DNA of 64,000 nt from Thermodesulfobacteriota bacterium. GTDB taxonomy: Bacteria; Desulfobacterota_D; UBA1144. The position numbers were made by a program, and so were the translations under genes. The stretch spans positions 1,252 to 65,251 of the forward strand of contig JAYZEP010000004.1 of the NCBI GenBank assembly GCA_036337225.1, given 5' to 3'. Of the stretch, positions 20,121-30,328 are shown one piece after another. Numbering within the stretch: position 1 is the stretch's first letter; the number at the start of each line of letters is the position of its first letter. The notes under the pieces are model-generated. The model saw only the letters and a program-made list of their open reading frames with translations. It searched no databases and had not been told where the DNA came from.

Positions 20121-20620
20121 AAGAATATATTAGAACAATACCGGATTTTCCACAAAAGGGGATTCTTTATAGAGATATCACACCGCTTTTAAACGACCAC
20201 AAAGTGTTTAGCTATGTAATCAATCAATTATCCGACAAGATACCTAAAGATATAACTTCGATAGTCGCTCCTGAATCAAGAGGGTTTATCTTTGCCTCTG
20301 CTGTATGCTACAAAACAAATAGAAATCTAGTTCTAGTCAGAAAAAAGGGGAAGCTGCCCTATAAGACTTTTGATATCGAATATGAATTAGAATATGGTAC
20401 AGATACGTTTCAAATTCATACCGACTCAATAGAGCATGGCTCTAAAATTGCCATCATAGATGATTTACTGGCAACAGGAGGAACTGTGGTGGCGATACAA
20501 GATTTGGTAAAAAATTTTGATTGCGAAATAGGCTGTATATCGTTTGTTATTGAATTACTATCACTTAATGGACGAAATAAAATAAATTGCAAGGAAATAA
20601 ATTCACTGATTCAATACTAA
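20111..20620 (+). CDS. apt: Adenine phosphoribosyltransferase
   Basis: 169 aa with IPDFPQKGILYRDITPLL and the PRPP motif IIDDLLATGGT. Confidence 0.94.
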   Translation: MDLKEYIRTIPDFPQKGILYRDITPLLNDHKVFSYVINQLSDKIPKDITSIVAPESRGFIFASAVCYKTNRNLVLVRKKGKLPYKTFDIEYELEYGTDTFQIHTDSIEHGSKIAIIDDLLATGGTVVAIQDLVKNFDCEIGCISFVIELLSLNGRNKINCKEINSLIQY

Positions 20621-21711
20621 TGGAAATTAAAGTTCTTCATAAACAAGAAAAAAGTTCTTATCAAATAAGATTTACTGATAATTTTACCAATTTGATTGGT
20701 AAAAATACAAAAAAATATGAAAAAATAGCTATAGTAACAGACACCAATATATATAAATTATATAGAAGATATCTTGCAAACAAGAATGTCCTTGTCATAA
20801 AAATAAATCCTGGAGAAAAAAGCAAATCAAATAAAACAAAGATACATATAGAGGAGCTATTGTTTAAGCACCATTTTAATCGCAAGAGTTTGCTTGTAGC
20901 GATTGGAGGAGGAGTCGTGGGTGATTTAGCAGCTTTCGTTGCCTCTACATATATGCGAGGAATAGACTTGATTCATGTACCAACTTCTTTAATTGCTATT
21001 GTAGATAGCTCCATAGGAGGCAAGACCGGCATCAACAATAAGCTCGGTAAAAATTTGGTTGGGACCTTCTATAATCCAAGGGAGATAATAATCAATAGAA
21101 ATTTTTTAAAAACTTTACCAGAGAAGGAAATCACTCAGGGCTTAGCAGAAATTGTCAAATACGGAATAATTAGCGACAAGTCCTTATTCGTGCTACTCGA
21201 AAAAGGAAACAAAGATTTTTTAAAAAATCCCGAAAAGGTTGTCAGCTCAGTAATCAAGAGATGTATTATGATTAAAGTTAAGACAGTAGAGAATGACTTT
21301 AAAGAGAGCAACAAAAGGGTGGTTCTCAATTTTGGACATACCATAGGCCATGCTCTTGAAAAACATTTCTCATATAAAAAATCGCATGGAGAATGTATTG
21401 GCTTGGGAATGTTGATAGAATCAAAAATCTCATATTCAATAAAAAAATTGTCAAAGAATGACTATTCAAGAATCAAGAATGTTCTTGATAAATTTAATCT
21501 CTTAAATCTAAAAATTCACAAAACAGATATTAGCAAGTTGATTCGTCATATGAAATTAGATAAAAAAAACAAATCTAGCAAGATAACATTCGCTTTGCCA
21601 AATAAAATTGGATCAATGAGTAAACAAAAGGGTATTTATTCAATGGAAATAGCAGAGAGAATAATTATCTCCGCAATTAAAGAAGTCCTTGATGAATTTG
21701 AGAATAAATAA
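20620..21711 (+). CDS. aroB: 3-dehydroquinate synthase
   Basis: GGGVVGDLAAFVAS, VPTSLIAIVDSSIGGKTG and GHTIGHALE. ATG 20620 overlaps the apt stop (TAATG). Confidence 0.92.
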   Translation: MEIKVLHKQEKSSYQIRFTDNFTNLIGKNTKKYEKIAIVTDTNIYKLYRRYLANKNVLVIKINPGEKSKSNKTKIHIEELLFKHHFNRKSLLVAIGGGVVGDLAAFVASTYMRGIDLIHVPTSLIAIVDSSIGGKTGINNKLGKNLVGTFYNPREIIINRNFLKTLPEKEITQGLAEIVKYGIISDKSLFVLLEKGNKDFLKNPEKVVSSVIKRCIMIKVKTVENDFKESNKRVVLNFGHTIGHALEKHFSYKKSHGECIGLGMLIESKISYSIKKLSKNDYSRIKNVLDKFNLLNLKIHKTDISKLIRHMKLDKKNKSSKITFALPNKIGSMSKQKGIYSMEIAERIIISAIKEVLDEFENK

Positions 21712-22288
21712 GTACAAACAATATTTAGTTGACATATCCCTAGCATCAAGTCTTTCAAGTTTTTCTAGAGGTAAAAATATTTCATTGGATATTGGATGTG
21801 GGAATGGAGAATTTATAGCAGAACTCGCATTAAGGAATCCAACCAAGTACTTTATAGGTCTAGAAATTAAATATGGAAGAATCATTAAATGTCTTAAGAA
21901 AGCCGAGATAAACAAATTAGACAATCTAAAATTTATATTATGTGATGCTAGTTTGTTAATTAAGGAAATAATTCCAAAAAGGTCTCTTAATAAAGTATTT
22001 ATCAATAACCCAGATCCGTGGCCAAAAGACAGGCATGAAAAAAATAGATTAATAGATAGTACTTTTCTTGCAAATGTTCATAAAGCTATGAAGAGAAAGG
22101 GTCTTTTGTATATCAAGACAGATGATACGATTTATATGAAAACCATACGAAGAGAGCTATCCAAGACTAAATTCGTTATCAACAAGAAGAAAAGCCCCTT
22201 CGACAAAGAATTACCAAGTACAAAATTTCAAGAACTTTTCTTAAGTAGGAAAAAGAAAATTTATAGTTTAAAACTGGAAAAAAAATAA
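21689..22288 (+). CDS. trmB: tRNA (guanine46-N7)-methyltransferase
   Basis: SAM motif LDIGCGNGEF and NNPDPWPKDRH (the FPDPWxK motif). Confidence 0.88.
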   Translation: MMNLRINKYKQYLVDISLASSLSSFSRGKNISLDIGCGNGEFIAELALRNPTKYFIGLEIKYGRIIKCLKKAEINKLDNLKFILCDASLLIKEIIPKRSLNKVFINNPDPWPKDRHEKNRLIDSTFLANVHKAMKRKGLLYIKTDDTIYMKTIRRELSKTKFVINKKKSPFDKELPSTKFQELFLSRKKKIYSLKLEKK

Positions 22289-22289
22289 T

Positions 22290-22985
22290 CTATATATTTT
22301 CCAAGAATATTTTATACACATCATCCTTCAAGTTAGCAAGAGACTCCTTGTCTTCACCATAGCTTTCTACATTAATTTCAGGGAGTATTTTGATATTCAT
22401 AGATCCAGATTTAATCATTGTTGAGTTTTTCTCGATTATCTCACCCGCTCCTTGAATGATCATTGGAACAATATTAATTTTAGTTTTCCTTGCAATATAA
22501 AAGCCACCGTTCTTAAAATCGATCAAACCAGGGTTAGGGTTTCTGGTACCTTCTGGAGCTATAAAAACTATTTTGCCGTTTCTTATTTCTTTTAATACCT
22601 TAACGACTTCCCTCCTATCTTCAAATGACCCATCTCTTGCTACAAAATAATGGCCCATAGCTTTAGAGACTTGTCCAAAAACCGGAATTTTTCCCAGCTC
22701 TTTTTTCATCATGGCTCTCCAGTCGTAGCGCATAAAGGAACAAAAGGCAAATATATCGAAGAAGCTCTTGTGATTGTACATCACAATCGTAGGTTGATTT
22801 TTGATATTTTCCAATCCACTTATCGTTAACTTAACACCACAGGCAAGAATAATTAACTTTCCCCACAGTTTTACTGTCGTCATATTAGCAAACCTAGGGG
22901 ATACAATAGAGATGGCAAACGTCGGTATCGCAAGCAAAATAGTTATAATCGCAATAAATAGCCATCTGAGATAAGAAGTAACCAT
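22290..22985 (-). CDS. plsC: 1-acyl-sn-glycerol-3-phosphate acyltransferase
   Basis: N-terminal TM helix, H-x4-D motif NHKSFFD, and APEGTR. Confidence 0.88.
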   Translation of the reverse strand: MVTSYLRWLFIAIITILLAIPTFAISIVSPRFANMTTVKLWGKLIILACGVKLTISGLENIKNQPTIVMYNHKSFFDIFAFCSFMRYDWRAMMKKELGKIPVFGQVSKAMGHYFVARDGSFEDRREVVKVLKEIRNGKIVFIAPEGTRNPNPGLIDFKNGGFYIARKTKINIVPMIIQGAGEIIEKNSTMIKSGSMNIKILPEINVESYGEDKESLANLKDDVYKIFLENI

Positions 22986-23073
22986 TATAAAATCATAATA
23001 AATAAGTTTCTTTTTTCAATTTATTTGATATAGACTTTATTTTCAATAAACTACTATAGATATCGGAGGGCTT

Positions 23074-24093
23074 ATGATAGTTGTTTTAAAGGAAACTGCA
23101 ACAAGTAGCGACTTAAAGAAAATCGTGTCAGCGGTAAAAAAGTACGGTTATACCGCTGAAGTGGTGAAAGGTGAATCTAAAACAATCATTGGCGCAGTAG
23201 GTAACCAGAAAGAAAAACAACAACATATGAATTTGATAGGGCAACTGCCAGGAGTCGAGGCGGTCGTTCCTATTATGCAACCTCACAAGCTTGGTAGTCG
23301 CGAATTTAAACATGACAATTCGTCTTTTGCAGTTGGGAATACCACAGTTGGTGGAAACAAAATTACTGTAATTGCTGGACCGTGCTCAGTGGAATCAGAA
23401 GAACAAATAGTTGAAATCGCTAAAGCAGTAAAATCTAGCGGAGCGACAATACTCAGGGGTGGTGCTTTTAAACCACGAACTTCCCCTTACACATTTCAAG
23501 GGCTAGGAGAAGAGGGGTTGAAACTTCTAAGGAAAGCTGCAGACTTAGTTGAACTTCCAATAGTTACCGAGGTCTTGGATATAAAAAATCTTAATCTTGT
23601 ATGTAAGTACACTGATATGATTCAAATTGGAGCCAGGAATTGTCAAAACTATGCTCTTCTTAAAGCTGTTGGAAAAACCAAGAAACCCGTACTATTAAAG
23701 AGAGGCATGTCTACCTCGATAAATGAATTTTTATTATGTGCGGAATATCTTTTAGCTGAAGGCAATATGAATGTAGCTCTATGTGAAAGAGGTATACGAA
23801 CTTTTGAAACTGCAACCAGAAACACTTTTGACATCAATGCCATACCTGTCCTGAAAGAAAAGACTCACTTGCCCATCATAGCAGATCCGGCACATGGTAC
23901 AGGCTATTGGCAATATGTATCTCCCATTGCTTATGCCGCAATAGCAGCTGGAGCAGATGGGTTAGCAGTCGAGGTACACAATAATCCTGAAATTGCTCTG
24001 AGCGATGGGGGTCAGTCTTTAAAACCTGAGAAGTTTGAAACTATGATTGAGAAATCAAAAATTATTGCAGTTGCAATCGGTAGAGAACTTTAG
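23074..24093 (+). CDS. aroF: 3-deoxy-7-phosphoheptulonate (DAHP) synthase, type I-beta with N-terminal regulatory domain
   Basis: Core motifs AGPCSVES, GAFKPRTSPY and IADPAHG. It also carries an ~85-aa N-terminal ferredoxin/ACT-like domain, as in Thermotoga-type enzymes. Confidence 0.88.
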   Translation: MIVVLKETATSSDLKKIVSAVKKYGYTAEVVKGESKTIIGAVGNQKEKQQHMNLIGQLPGVEAVVPIMQPHKLGSREFKHDNSSFAVGNTTVGGNKITVIAGPCSVESEEQIVEIAKAVKSSGATILRGGAFKPRTSPYTFQGLGEEGLKLLRKAADLVELPIVTEVLDIKNLNLVCKYTDMIQIGARNCQNYALLKAVGKTKKPVLLKRGMSTSINEFLLCAEYLLAEGNMNVALCERGIRTFETATRNTFDINAIPVLKEKTHLPIIADPAHGTGYWQYVSPIAYAAIAAGADGLAVEVHNNPEIALSDGGQSLKPEKFETMIEKSKIIAVAIGREL

Positions 24094-24698
24094 TTGTCAA
24101 TAAAAACTCGTCTTCCTTCTATTCTGTTGATTTTCCCCTCTGATATTAACTTAATCGCCAGAGGAAGTATTTGATGTTCCTTCTCGTGAATTTTAGTTAA
24201 TAAACTTTCTTCATCATCTGAGTCTAAGATTTCCACCAAGCCTTGCAAAATAATTGGTCCAGTATCAACTCCATCGTCGACAAAATGAACTGTACACCCT
24301 GTAAATTTGGCTCCATATTCAACCGCCTGTCTAGGGGCGTTTAATCCAGGAAAAGATGGCAGCAAGGAGGGATGGAGATTGATAATCCTCTTATCAAAGT
24401 GTTGGACAAAAAAAGGGGAGAGAATTCTCTTGAAACCAGCTAAAACAATTAAATCTATATCGTATTCCTTAATTTTTAAAAGTATTTCTTTTTCAAAGTC
24501 TTTTCGTGATTCAAAACTTTTATGCGAAAGGAAAGTTGAATCTATGGAGAGGTTTCTTGCTCGTTCTAGTACATATGCATTCTCAACGTTGCAAAACAAA
24601 AAAGAGATTTCCACATTGGGAATATCCGCTTTAACGATTGCTTCAAAATTGGAACCGCTACCAGACGAAAAAACAGCAACTTTAAATTTATCGGACAT
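24090..24698 (-). CDS. purN: Phosphoribosylglycinamide formyltransferase
   Basis: 202 aa with SGSGSNFEAI, NLHPSLLP and VHFVDDGVDTGPII. Confidence 0.94.
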   Translation of the reverse strand: MSDKFKVAVFSSGSGSNFEAIVKADIPNVEISFLFCNVENAYVLERARNLSIDSTFLSHKSFESRKDFEKEILLKIKEYDIDLIVLAGFKRILSPFFVQHFDKRIINLHPSLLPSFPGLNAPRQAVEYGAKFTGCTVHFVDDGVDTGPIILQGLVEILDSDDEESLLTKIHEKEHQILPLAIKLISEGKINRIEGRRVFIDN

Positions 24699-24710
24699 AA
24701 GAAATACTAA

Positions 24711-24826
24711 TTAGGCAGCTACCTACTTTCCCAAAACCGACTGGTCTCAGTATCATCGGCCTCTGAGGACTTAACTGCCGGGTTCGGAATGGATCCGGGT
24801 GTACCCCCTCCAGTATGGCCGCCTAA
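24711..24826 (-). rRNA. rrf: 5S ribosomal RNA (stand-alone copy)
   Basis: The reverse complement reads UUAGGCGGCCAUACUGGAGGGGGUACACCCGGAUCCAUUCCGAACCCGGCAGUUAAGUCCUCAGAGGCCGAUGAUACUGAGACCAGUCGGUUUUGGGAAAGUAGGUAGCUGCCUAA. Helix I pairs UUAGGCGGC with GCUGCCUAA, and the conserved CCGAAC...GUUAAG and GAGAGUAGG-like blocks are present. Ends are +/- 2 nt. Confidence 0.9.
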
Positions 24827-24834
24827 AGGGTTAA

Positions 24835-24862
24835 ATCTTAAACAAAAATAAATTCTTGTCAA
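24835..24862 (-). promoter_or_regulatory. Putative sigma-70 promoter of the 5S rRNA gene
   Basis: On the minus strand: TTGACA (24862-24857), 16-nt spacer, TAAGAT (24840-24835). The predicted start falls within a few nt of the 5S 5' end. The promoter lies in the 43-nt rpoD-5S spacer. Confidence 0.45.
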
Positions 24863-24869
24863 TAAAGAG

Positions 24870-26204
24870 CTATTCTAAATAATTTAATACGGGTAATTTT
24901 CTCAACTTTTTCAGCTTTTTTAAAGCTTTTAATTCAATCTGCCTTATTCTTTCCCTAGTAACATTAAACATATTTCCAATTTCTTCTAAAGTAAAAACTT
25001 GTTCTTCGTCAATACCAAATCTTTTCTTGATAACATCTTTTTCTCTCTCACTAAGAACTTTTAAAAGAGAAGTATTGATAATATCTTTCAATTCATTACT
25101 TTCGAAATAGTCATGTTGTGATGGACCAGAATCACTAATTGAATCTAGTAACGTTTGCGAAGAGTCGTCCTTACTAATAGGCGCATCAAGAGCAATAGGG
25201 TCTTTTGTTACTCTTAAAATTTTTTCAACTTGCTCAGTGTTATACTTGGATTCTTTTGCTAATTCCTCAGAAGTGGGCTCCCTTCCCAGTTTTTGAACTA
25301 GTTGTCTTGAGATTGTGAATATTCTATTTATCTGTTCCGTCATATGAACAGGGATTCTAATGATTCTTGCCTGATCAGCTAAAGCCCTTGTGATAGCCTG
25401 CCTAATCCACCAGGTCGCATATGTTGAGAATTTGTATCCCCTTTCGTGCTCAAATTTTTCAACGGCCCTTATTAATCCAATATTCCCTTCTTGGATTAAG
25501 TCCAAAAACGGGAGACCTTTGTTTACATACTTTCTAGCAATGCTAACAACCAATCTTAAATTTGATTCTACTAATTTCTTTTTAGAAGTTATATAATTCA
25601 ATTTGGCTTTACGAAATTCATTACTTAGTCCATTGTTAGAGGTGTCCTTCTTTAAGAACATTAAGACTTTTTCTAAGATATCAGACGTAAACTCGATTTC
25701 TAAGAGCTCCGCCTTGAGCATTTTTTTTTCCGATCTTGTAATTCTCTTTTTCACTAAAATAGAATCAATAATCTGAAAAACATTGTTCGTTCTTCGATTT
25801 GTATATTCACCAACCTTCCTTGTTTCGCCTTCCTCATCTTTATAATTCAAATCCATAGAATCAGATTCAAAATTGATGTGAAGATAGTTTTCTGACAACA
25901 CAGAAAGAATCTTGATATCAGATATGATTAAATCGCATATAACATTCTTAGCAGTACTGAGCTTTGAAGCCACATTTGTTTCTTCAGATTTGTTCAACAA
26001 AGAATGTAGGGCAATGCTAGTAAGGTAACTTTTTACTGGATCATCGCTCGGCTCTATGGAATGTTCTGGGGATGTAAGCTTAATTCGTTTTTTTAGTTTT
26101 TTATCAAATTTGATTTTTGGAAGTACATCGGAGACAAACTTGGGGAGAAAGGCTATGGCTAGTGTTAGGTTGTCACCATCAAGTTCAACTGTCACTTCTT
26201 TCAT
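24870..26204 (-). CDS. rpoD: RNA polymerase sigma-70 factor RpoD
   Basis: Region 2 [16 protein letters not shown] and region 4.2 [20 protein letters not shown]. It is last in the rpsU-dnaG-rpoD order. Confidence 0.95.
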   Translation of the reverse strand: MKEVTVELDGDNLTLAIAFLPKFVSDVLPKIKFDKKLKKRIKLTSPEHSIEPSDDPVKSYLTSIALHSLLNKSEETNVASKLSTAKNVICDLIISDIKILSVLSENYLHINFESDSMDLNYKDEEGETRKVGEYTNRRTNNVFQIIDSILVKKRITRSEKKMLKAELLEIEFTSDILEKVLMFLKKDTSNNGLSNEFRKAKLNYITSKKKLVESNLRLVVSIARKYVNKGLPFLDLIQEGNIGLIRAVEKFEHERGYKFSTYATWWIRQAITRALADQARIIRIPVHMTEQINRIFTISRQLVQKLGREPTSEELAKESKYNTEQVEKILRVTKDPIALDAPISKDDSSQTLLDSISDSGPSQHDYFESNELKDIINTSLLKVLSEREKDVIKKRFGIDEEQVFTLEEIGNMFNVTRERIRQIELKALKKLKKLRKLPVLNYLE

Positions 26205-26241
26205 AAAAACCCCGCGTAAAAGAACGAGGTAATATAGTAAC

Positions 26242-28002
26242 TTATTTTTTTAGCTTTTTCTCCTCGTCCAAGAGAGTTTTTAATTCTTGAAGCAGCCTCC
26301 TCTCTTCACCTTCATCTAGTGCGTTATTTTTACTAAGTTTAAGATTGATTCTTCTTTTTTTATCTTTAATTGAATCGATTTGATTCTTCTTCATGCAATC
26401 ATCAATTAATTGCGCATTTGTTTTATCATCATTAGTAATCTCAAAAGGATTAAATATTAAACTTGATACATAATTTCTACTTTCTTCTTTATCGATTGAA
26501 TTAATAATCTGGGATGCCTCTAATTCAATATTGCTTTTTAGGAATAGAACTATTTCCTCAAACATTGTAGAACTTGAAAGCAATTGTACTTTGTCTAAAA
26601 TATCTTCATTTCTTAAACCATTTCTTTCAATAAGAATTTTAAGTATGATTTCTTCGGGCGTTAGATGGGTAACGTTGTTATCGTCATTCGCGGAATTACT
26701 TTTAACAACTTCATTGTTAAATACTCTTTCCAATTCTTTTTTGGAAATTCCAAATGATGCAACAAACTTGTTAACAACTATATCTAATTGAATTCTATCT
26801 TGGATGTATTTTATTTTCGATACAAAATCTCGGAGCAATTCATTAATGGAAAGATTTTTTTCAATATATTCGTCCTTTAAATATTCTATATACTCATCGA
26901 TAATTAATATAGATTTTTTTGCCTTATTGAGAAAATCCTCCTTTCCATATTTATCTATAAACGAACAAGGGTCATGTCCAACGTCCAATCTTAAAATATA
27001 TATATCTATCCCCAGTTGGTATAATGGCTCTATATTTCTAAAAGATGCATTTATTCCGGCTTCATCCGAGTCGTAGCACATAATGACTTTATCAGAATAT
27101 TTCTTTATTTCGTTTGCGTGTTCAATCGTCAAAGCTGTTCCCATAGTTGCTACTACATTAAATATTCCATTTTGATTCATCATCAACACATCCGTATATC
27201 CCTCAACAACAAAAATATATTTCGATTTTCCACTTCGTAAATTGGTAAATTTATCAATACCATATAGGACTTTCCTTTTTGAAAATATTTCTGATTCCTT
27301 CGAGTTGATGTATTTAGGAGCGTCACCATCAACTGTTCTTCCAGCAAATCCTAGGACTGTGCCTTGTCGGTTTTTTATAGGGAAAATAATTCTATTTCTA
27401 AAAAAATCATAGTACCCATTATCATTTTCTTTTTTTACAATTAATCCCAATTTTTCCGCATAGCTCAATTGAATTTTATTTTTACTCAGGAAAGAAGAGG
27501 CGAAATCCCATTTCTTCGGAGCAAATCCCAAATTATTTTCGACAATGTCTTTCTTATCAAAGCCTCTTTCTTTAAGGTAACTAATGATTTTGTCAGTATT
27601 TTTACTCTCCAAGAGGTATTTATTGAAAAGCATAGAGGTTAGTTTATTTATATCATATAGTTCTTTTTTGTGGCTTATATCTTCTTCAAAATTGATATTT
27701 GTTTTTCGTAATTTTATATCAAAAAAATCACATATTTCTTCCAAGGCCTCGGTAGAACTAAGATTTTTAAATTCCTTTACAAAAGTAATGAGATTCCCAC
27801 CTGCTTTACATGAAAAACAATGGTACAGGCCTTTTTCGTTGTTAATCGACATAGATGGGTTCGTATCATCATGGAAAGGGCAACGGGTTAAAAAATTAGA
27901 GCCACTCTTTTTAAGAGGAGCCCAGTTTTTTTCAATATATTCTATTATTGAAGTTTTACTTAAAAGATCTTCGAAATCGGTATATTGCTCATTGGATGGC
28001 AT
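26242..28002 (-). CDS. dnaG: DNA primase
   Basis: Zn ribbon [13 protein letters not shown]...[10 protein letters not shown] and Toprim motif VVEGYTDV. Confidence 0.94.
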   Translation of the reverse strand: MPSNEQYTDFEDLLSKTSIIEYIEKNWAPLKKSGSNFLTRCPFHDDTNPSMSINNEKGLYHCFSCKAGGNLITFVKEFKNLSSTEALEEICDFFDIKLRKTNINFEEDISHKKELYDINKLTSMLFNKYLLESKNTDKIISYLKERGFDKKDIVENNLGFAPKKWDFASSFLSKNKIQLSYAEKLGLIVKKENDNGYYDFFRNRIIFPIKNRQGTVLGFAGRTVDGDAPKYINSKESEIFSKRKVLYGIDKFTNLRSGKSKYIFVVEGYTDVLMMNQNGIFNVVATMGTALTIEHANEIKKYSDKVIMCYDSDEAGINASFRNIEPLYQLGIDIYILRLDVGHDPCSFIDKYGKEDFLNKAKKSILIIDEYIEYLKDEYIEKNLSINELLRDFVSKIKYIQDRIQLDIVVNKFVASFGISKKELERVFNNEVVKSNSANDDNNVTHLTPEEIILKILIERNGLRNEDILDKVQLLSSSTMFEEIVLFLKSNIELEASQIINSIDKEESRNYVSSLIFNPFEITNDDKTNAQLIDDCMKKNQIDSIKDKKRRINLKLSKNNALDEGEERRLLQELKTLLDEEKKLKK

Positions 28003-28010
28003 GTAAAAAA

Positions 28011-28205
28011 TTATTTAAATCGTCGTTTTTTCTTGTTTAATCTTTTTTTGGCAGCGAATAGCTTCTTCTTCCTAGTTTCACTTGGCTTCTCAAAATATTC
28101 CTTTCTCTTAGCATCAGATAAAATACCGCCTTTTTCAACCTGGCGTTTAAATCTCCTGAGAGCATTTTCTAGATTCTCATTGCTTCCTACGTGTATACCC
28201 GGCAT
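28011..28205 (-). CDS. rpsU: 30S ribosomal protein S21
   Basis: 64 aa. [35 protein letters not shown] is the canonical S21 sequence. Confidence 0.93.
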   Translation of the reverse strand: MPGIHVGSNENLENALRRFKRQVEKGGILSDAKRKEYFEKPSETRKKKLFAAKKRLNKKKRRFK

Positions 28206-28226
28206 ATAATCTCCAACAGAATGAAA

Positions 28227-28255
28227 AATTTAAATTAGTATTGGTTTAAAGTCAA
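28227..28255 (-). promoter_or_regulatory. Putative sigma-70 promoter of rpsU-dnaG-rpoD
   Basis: On the minus strand: TTGACT (28255-28250), 17-nt spacer, TAAATT (28232-28227), followed by a GGAG SD 5 nt before the rpsU ATG. Motif match only. Confidence 0.35.
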
Positions 28256-28260
28256 GAATA

Positions 28261-30228
28261 TTATCTTTTGACAATCTTGCGAGCTTTCCTAATTATATTT
28301 TCTTGAGTGATCTTAAAATACTTATATAATTGCTCCTTGGGCGCACTAGCTCCAAAACTTTCTACCGATACAACATTAGATAAGTCATCAAAATAAGATC
28401 TCCATCCTAGCGATAGACCTGCTTCAACTACAATTATTGGAGCATTGCCCAAGATTGTCCTTCTAAAGCTTGTTGGTTTTTCTAGAAATTTCTCAATACA
28501 GGACATAGAGACAACAGTGGTCTTAATATTATGATCTGATATTTTTTTTGCGGCAGAAACAGCTATTTCAACCTCAGAACCAGAAGCAACAATAGTAATA
28601 TCTCTTTTGTTTTGAGAGCCAAAAATCACCTTTGCGGAAGCTTCCGGTATATTCTTCGTACTAATATTTTGTGGCTTTGTTAACACGCTCAAATCTTGTC
28701 TGGACAATGCGATTATCGAAGTTTGGTCGGACACTAAAGCATCAACCCAACATTCTAAAGTTTCATTAAGGTCGCATGGTCTGTAAACGTAAAGATTAGG
28801 TATTGATCTTAAACTCAAGAGATGCTCAACGGGCTGGTGCGTTGTTCCATCTTCCCCCAGACCAATGGAGTCATGAGTCATGATGTAAATCACTTTCAGG
28901 CCCATTATGGCTGATAATCTTATTGAAGGTCTACAGTAATCGGTAAATATAAGAAAAGTTCCACCATAAGGGACTACGCCTTTATGTAAAGAAAGTCCAT
29001 TCATTATAGAAGCCATTCCGTGTTCCCTAACTCCATAATGTATATACTGACCTCCATAATTTTTGGATGTAATTTCCGGCATTGATTGTATCTTGGTGTT
29101 GTTTGATGGAGTTAAATCCGCGGAACCACCAACTAACTCAGGTATTTTTGGCACAAGAACATCTAACACCTTTTCGCTAGCTTTTCTTGTGGATATTTTT
29201 GTTATTTTGTTATTTTTCTCTGAGAATTCCTTGTAAATAGACCTAATTAAAGATTCAGTATAAGAATTCGTAATAGATTTATTAAATTCCCTATATCGTG
29301 GATTATTTTTAAGATTTGATTCCCATCGAGCTCTTATCTTGCTTGACCTTCTTCCAGATTTTCTCCAAAAATTTATTATATCTTGTGGTATTTCAAAGGG
29401 TCTGTAAGTCCAATCCAAATTTAATCTAGTTTTTTCAACTTCATCGATTCCTAATGCAGCACCATGAGATTTTTCCGACCCTTCTTTATTAGGAGAGCCA
29501 AAACCTATCCTTGTCTGACAGGCTATCATTGAAGGTCGTTTAGATTTCTTTGCTCTAAGAATAGCTTTTCTTATTTGATTATGATTATGTCCGTCAATTT
29601 TAATATATTCCCATCCATATGATGCAATTCTATTTGCAATATTGTCCGACGTTGAAAGACTAGTCGGCCCATCTATAGAAATCTTATTATCATCAAAAAA
29701 CGCAATTAATTTATTTAGCTTCATATGGCCAGCAAAACTGAGAGCTTCGTGGCTTAATCCTTCCATAAGACATCCATCGCCCAAGAAAACATAAGTATTG
29801 TGATTTACGAGTTTGTCTCCGAAACGATCATTGTGTATTCTCTCGGCCAAAGCCATTCCAACAGCATTTCCCAGGCCTTGGGCTAAGGGACCCGTTGTGG
29901 TTTCTACTCCAGCAGTAAATCCATACTCAGGATGACCCGGCGTGTTAGAGCCTAGTTGACGAAATTGCTTTATATCATTTATTGATAATTTTGGATAACC
30001 CAGCAAATATAAAAGTGAATATAGAAGCATAGAGCCATGTCCATTAGACAAAACAAATCTGTCTCTGTCGGCCCAGCTTGGCTTTTTAGGGTCAAATTTA
30101 AGAAATTCCGTAAACAAAATAGTTGCAACATCAGCCATCCCCATCGGCATACCAGGATGTCCTGACTTAGCTTTTTGAATGGCATCTATTGATAGAAATC
30201 TTAACGAGTTTGGAATCCTAGGGTCCAT
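28261..30228 (-). CDS. tkt: Transketolase
   Basis: 655 aa with SGHPG and an intact ThDP motif GDGCLMEG...N. Confidence 0.95.
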   Translation of the reverse strand: MDPRIPNSLRFLSIDAIQKAKSGHPGMPMGMADVATILFTEFLKFDPKKPSWADRDRFVLSNGHGSMLLYSLLYLLGYPKLSINDIKQFRQLGSNTPGHPEYGFTAGVETTTGPLAQGLGNAVGMALAERIHNDRFGDKLVNHNTYVFLGDGCLMEGLSHEALSFAGHMKLNKLIAFFDDNKISIDGPTSLSTSDNIANRIASYGWEYIKIDGHNHNQIRKAILRAKKSKRPSMIACQTRIGFGSPNKEGSEKSHGAALGIDEVEKTRLNLDWTYRPFEIPQDIINFWRKSGRRSSKIRARWESNLKNNPRYREFNKSITNSYTESLIRSIYKEFSEKNNKITKISTRKASEKVLDVLVPKIPELVGGSADLTPSNNTKIQSMPEITSKNYGGQYIHYGVREHGMASIMNGLSLHKGVVPYGGTFLIFTDYCRPSIRLSAIMGLKVIYIMTHDSIGLGEDGTTHQPVEHLLSLRSIPNLYVYRPCDLNETLECWVDALVSDQTSIIALSRQDLSVLTKPQNISTKNIPEASAKVIFGSQNKRDITIVASGSEVEIAVSAAKKISDHNIKTTVVSMSCIEKFLEKPTSFRRTILGNAPIIVVEAGLSLGWRSYFDDLSNVVSVESFGASAPKEQLYKYFKITQENIIRKARKIVKR

Positions 30229-30284
30229 AACTAAAAATACAGTATCCTAAACAACTACAAATTCAAAGTTTTTTAATAGATTAA

Positions 30285-30312
30285 TTGAAAAAAAAATTTC
30301 CTGGGATAGAAT
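30285..30312 (+). promoter_or_regulatory. Putative sigma-70 promoter of eno
   Basis: TTGAAA (30285-30290), 16-nt spacer, TAGAAT (30307-30312), 16 nt upstream of the eno ATG. Motif match only. Confidence 0.35.
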
Positions 30313-30328
30313 TCAGTATCTAACTGAA

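Noticed and set aside
24307-24714. Long antisense ORFs: 24307..24714 (+, 135 aa), 27584..28006 (+, 140 aa), 21640..22005 (-, 121 aa), 34861..35223 (-, 120 aa), 48903..49247 (+, 114 aa), 53329..53667 (+, 112 aa), 7859..8191 (-, 110 aa) and the many 60-100 aa ones.
   Set aside because: Each lies fully inside, and opposite to, a gene with strong family motifs (purN, dnaG, aroB/trmB, rpoN, tig, psd, cobB). Their translations are low-complexity, Ser/Leu/Phe/Ile-rich, and have no recognisable domains.
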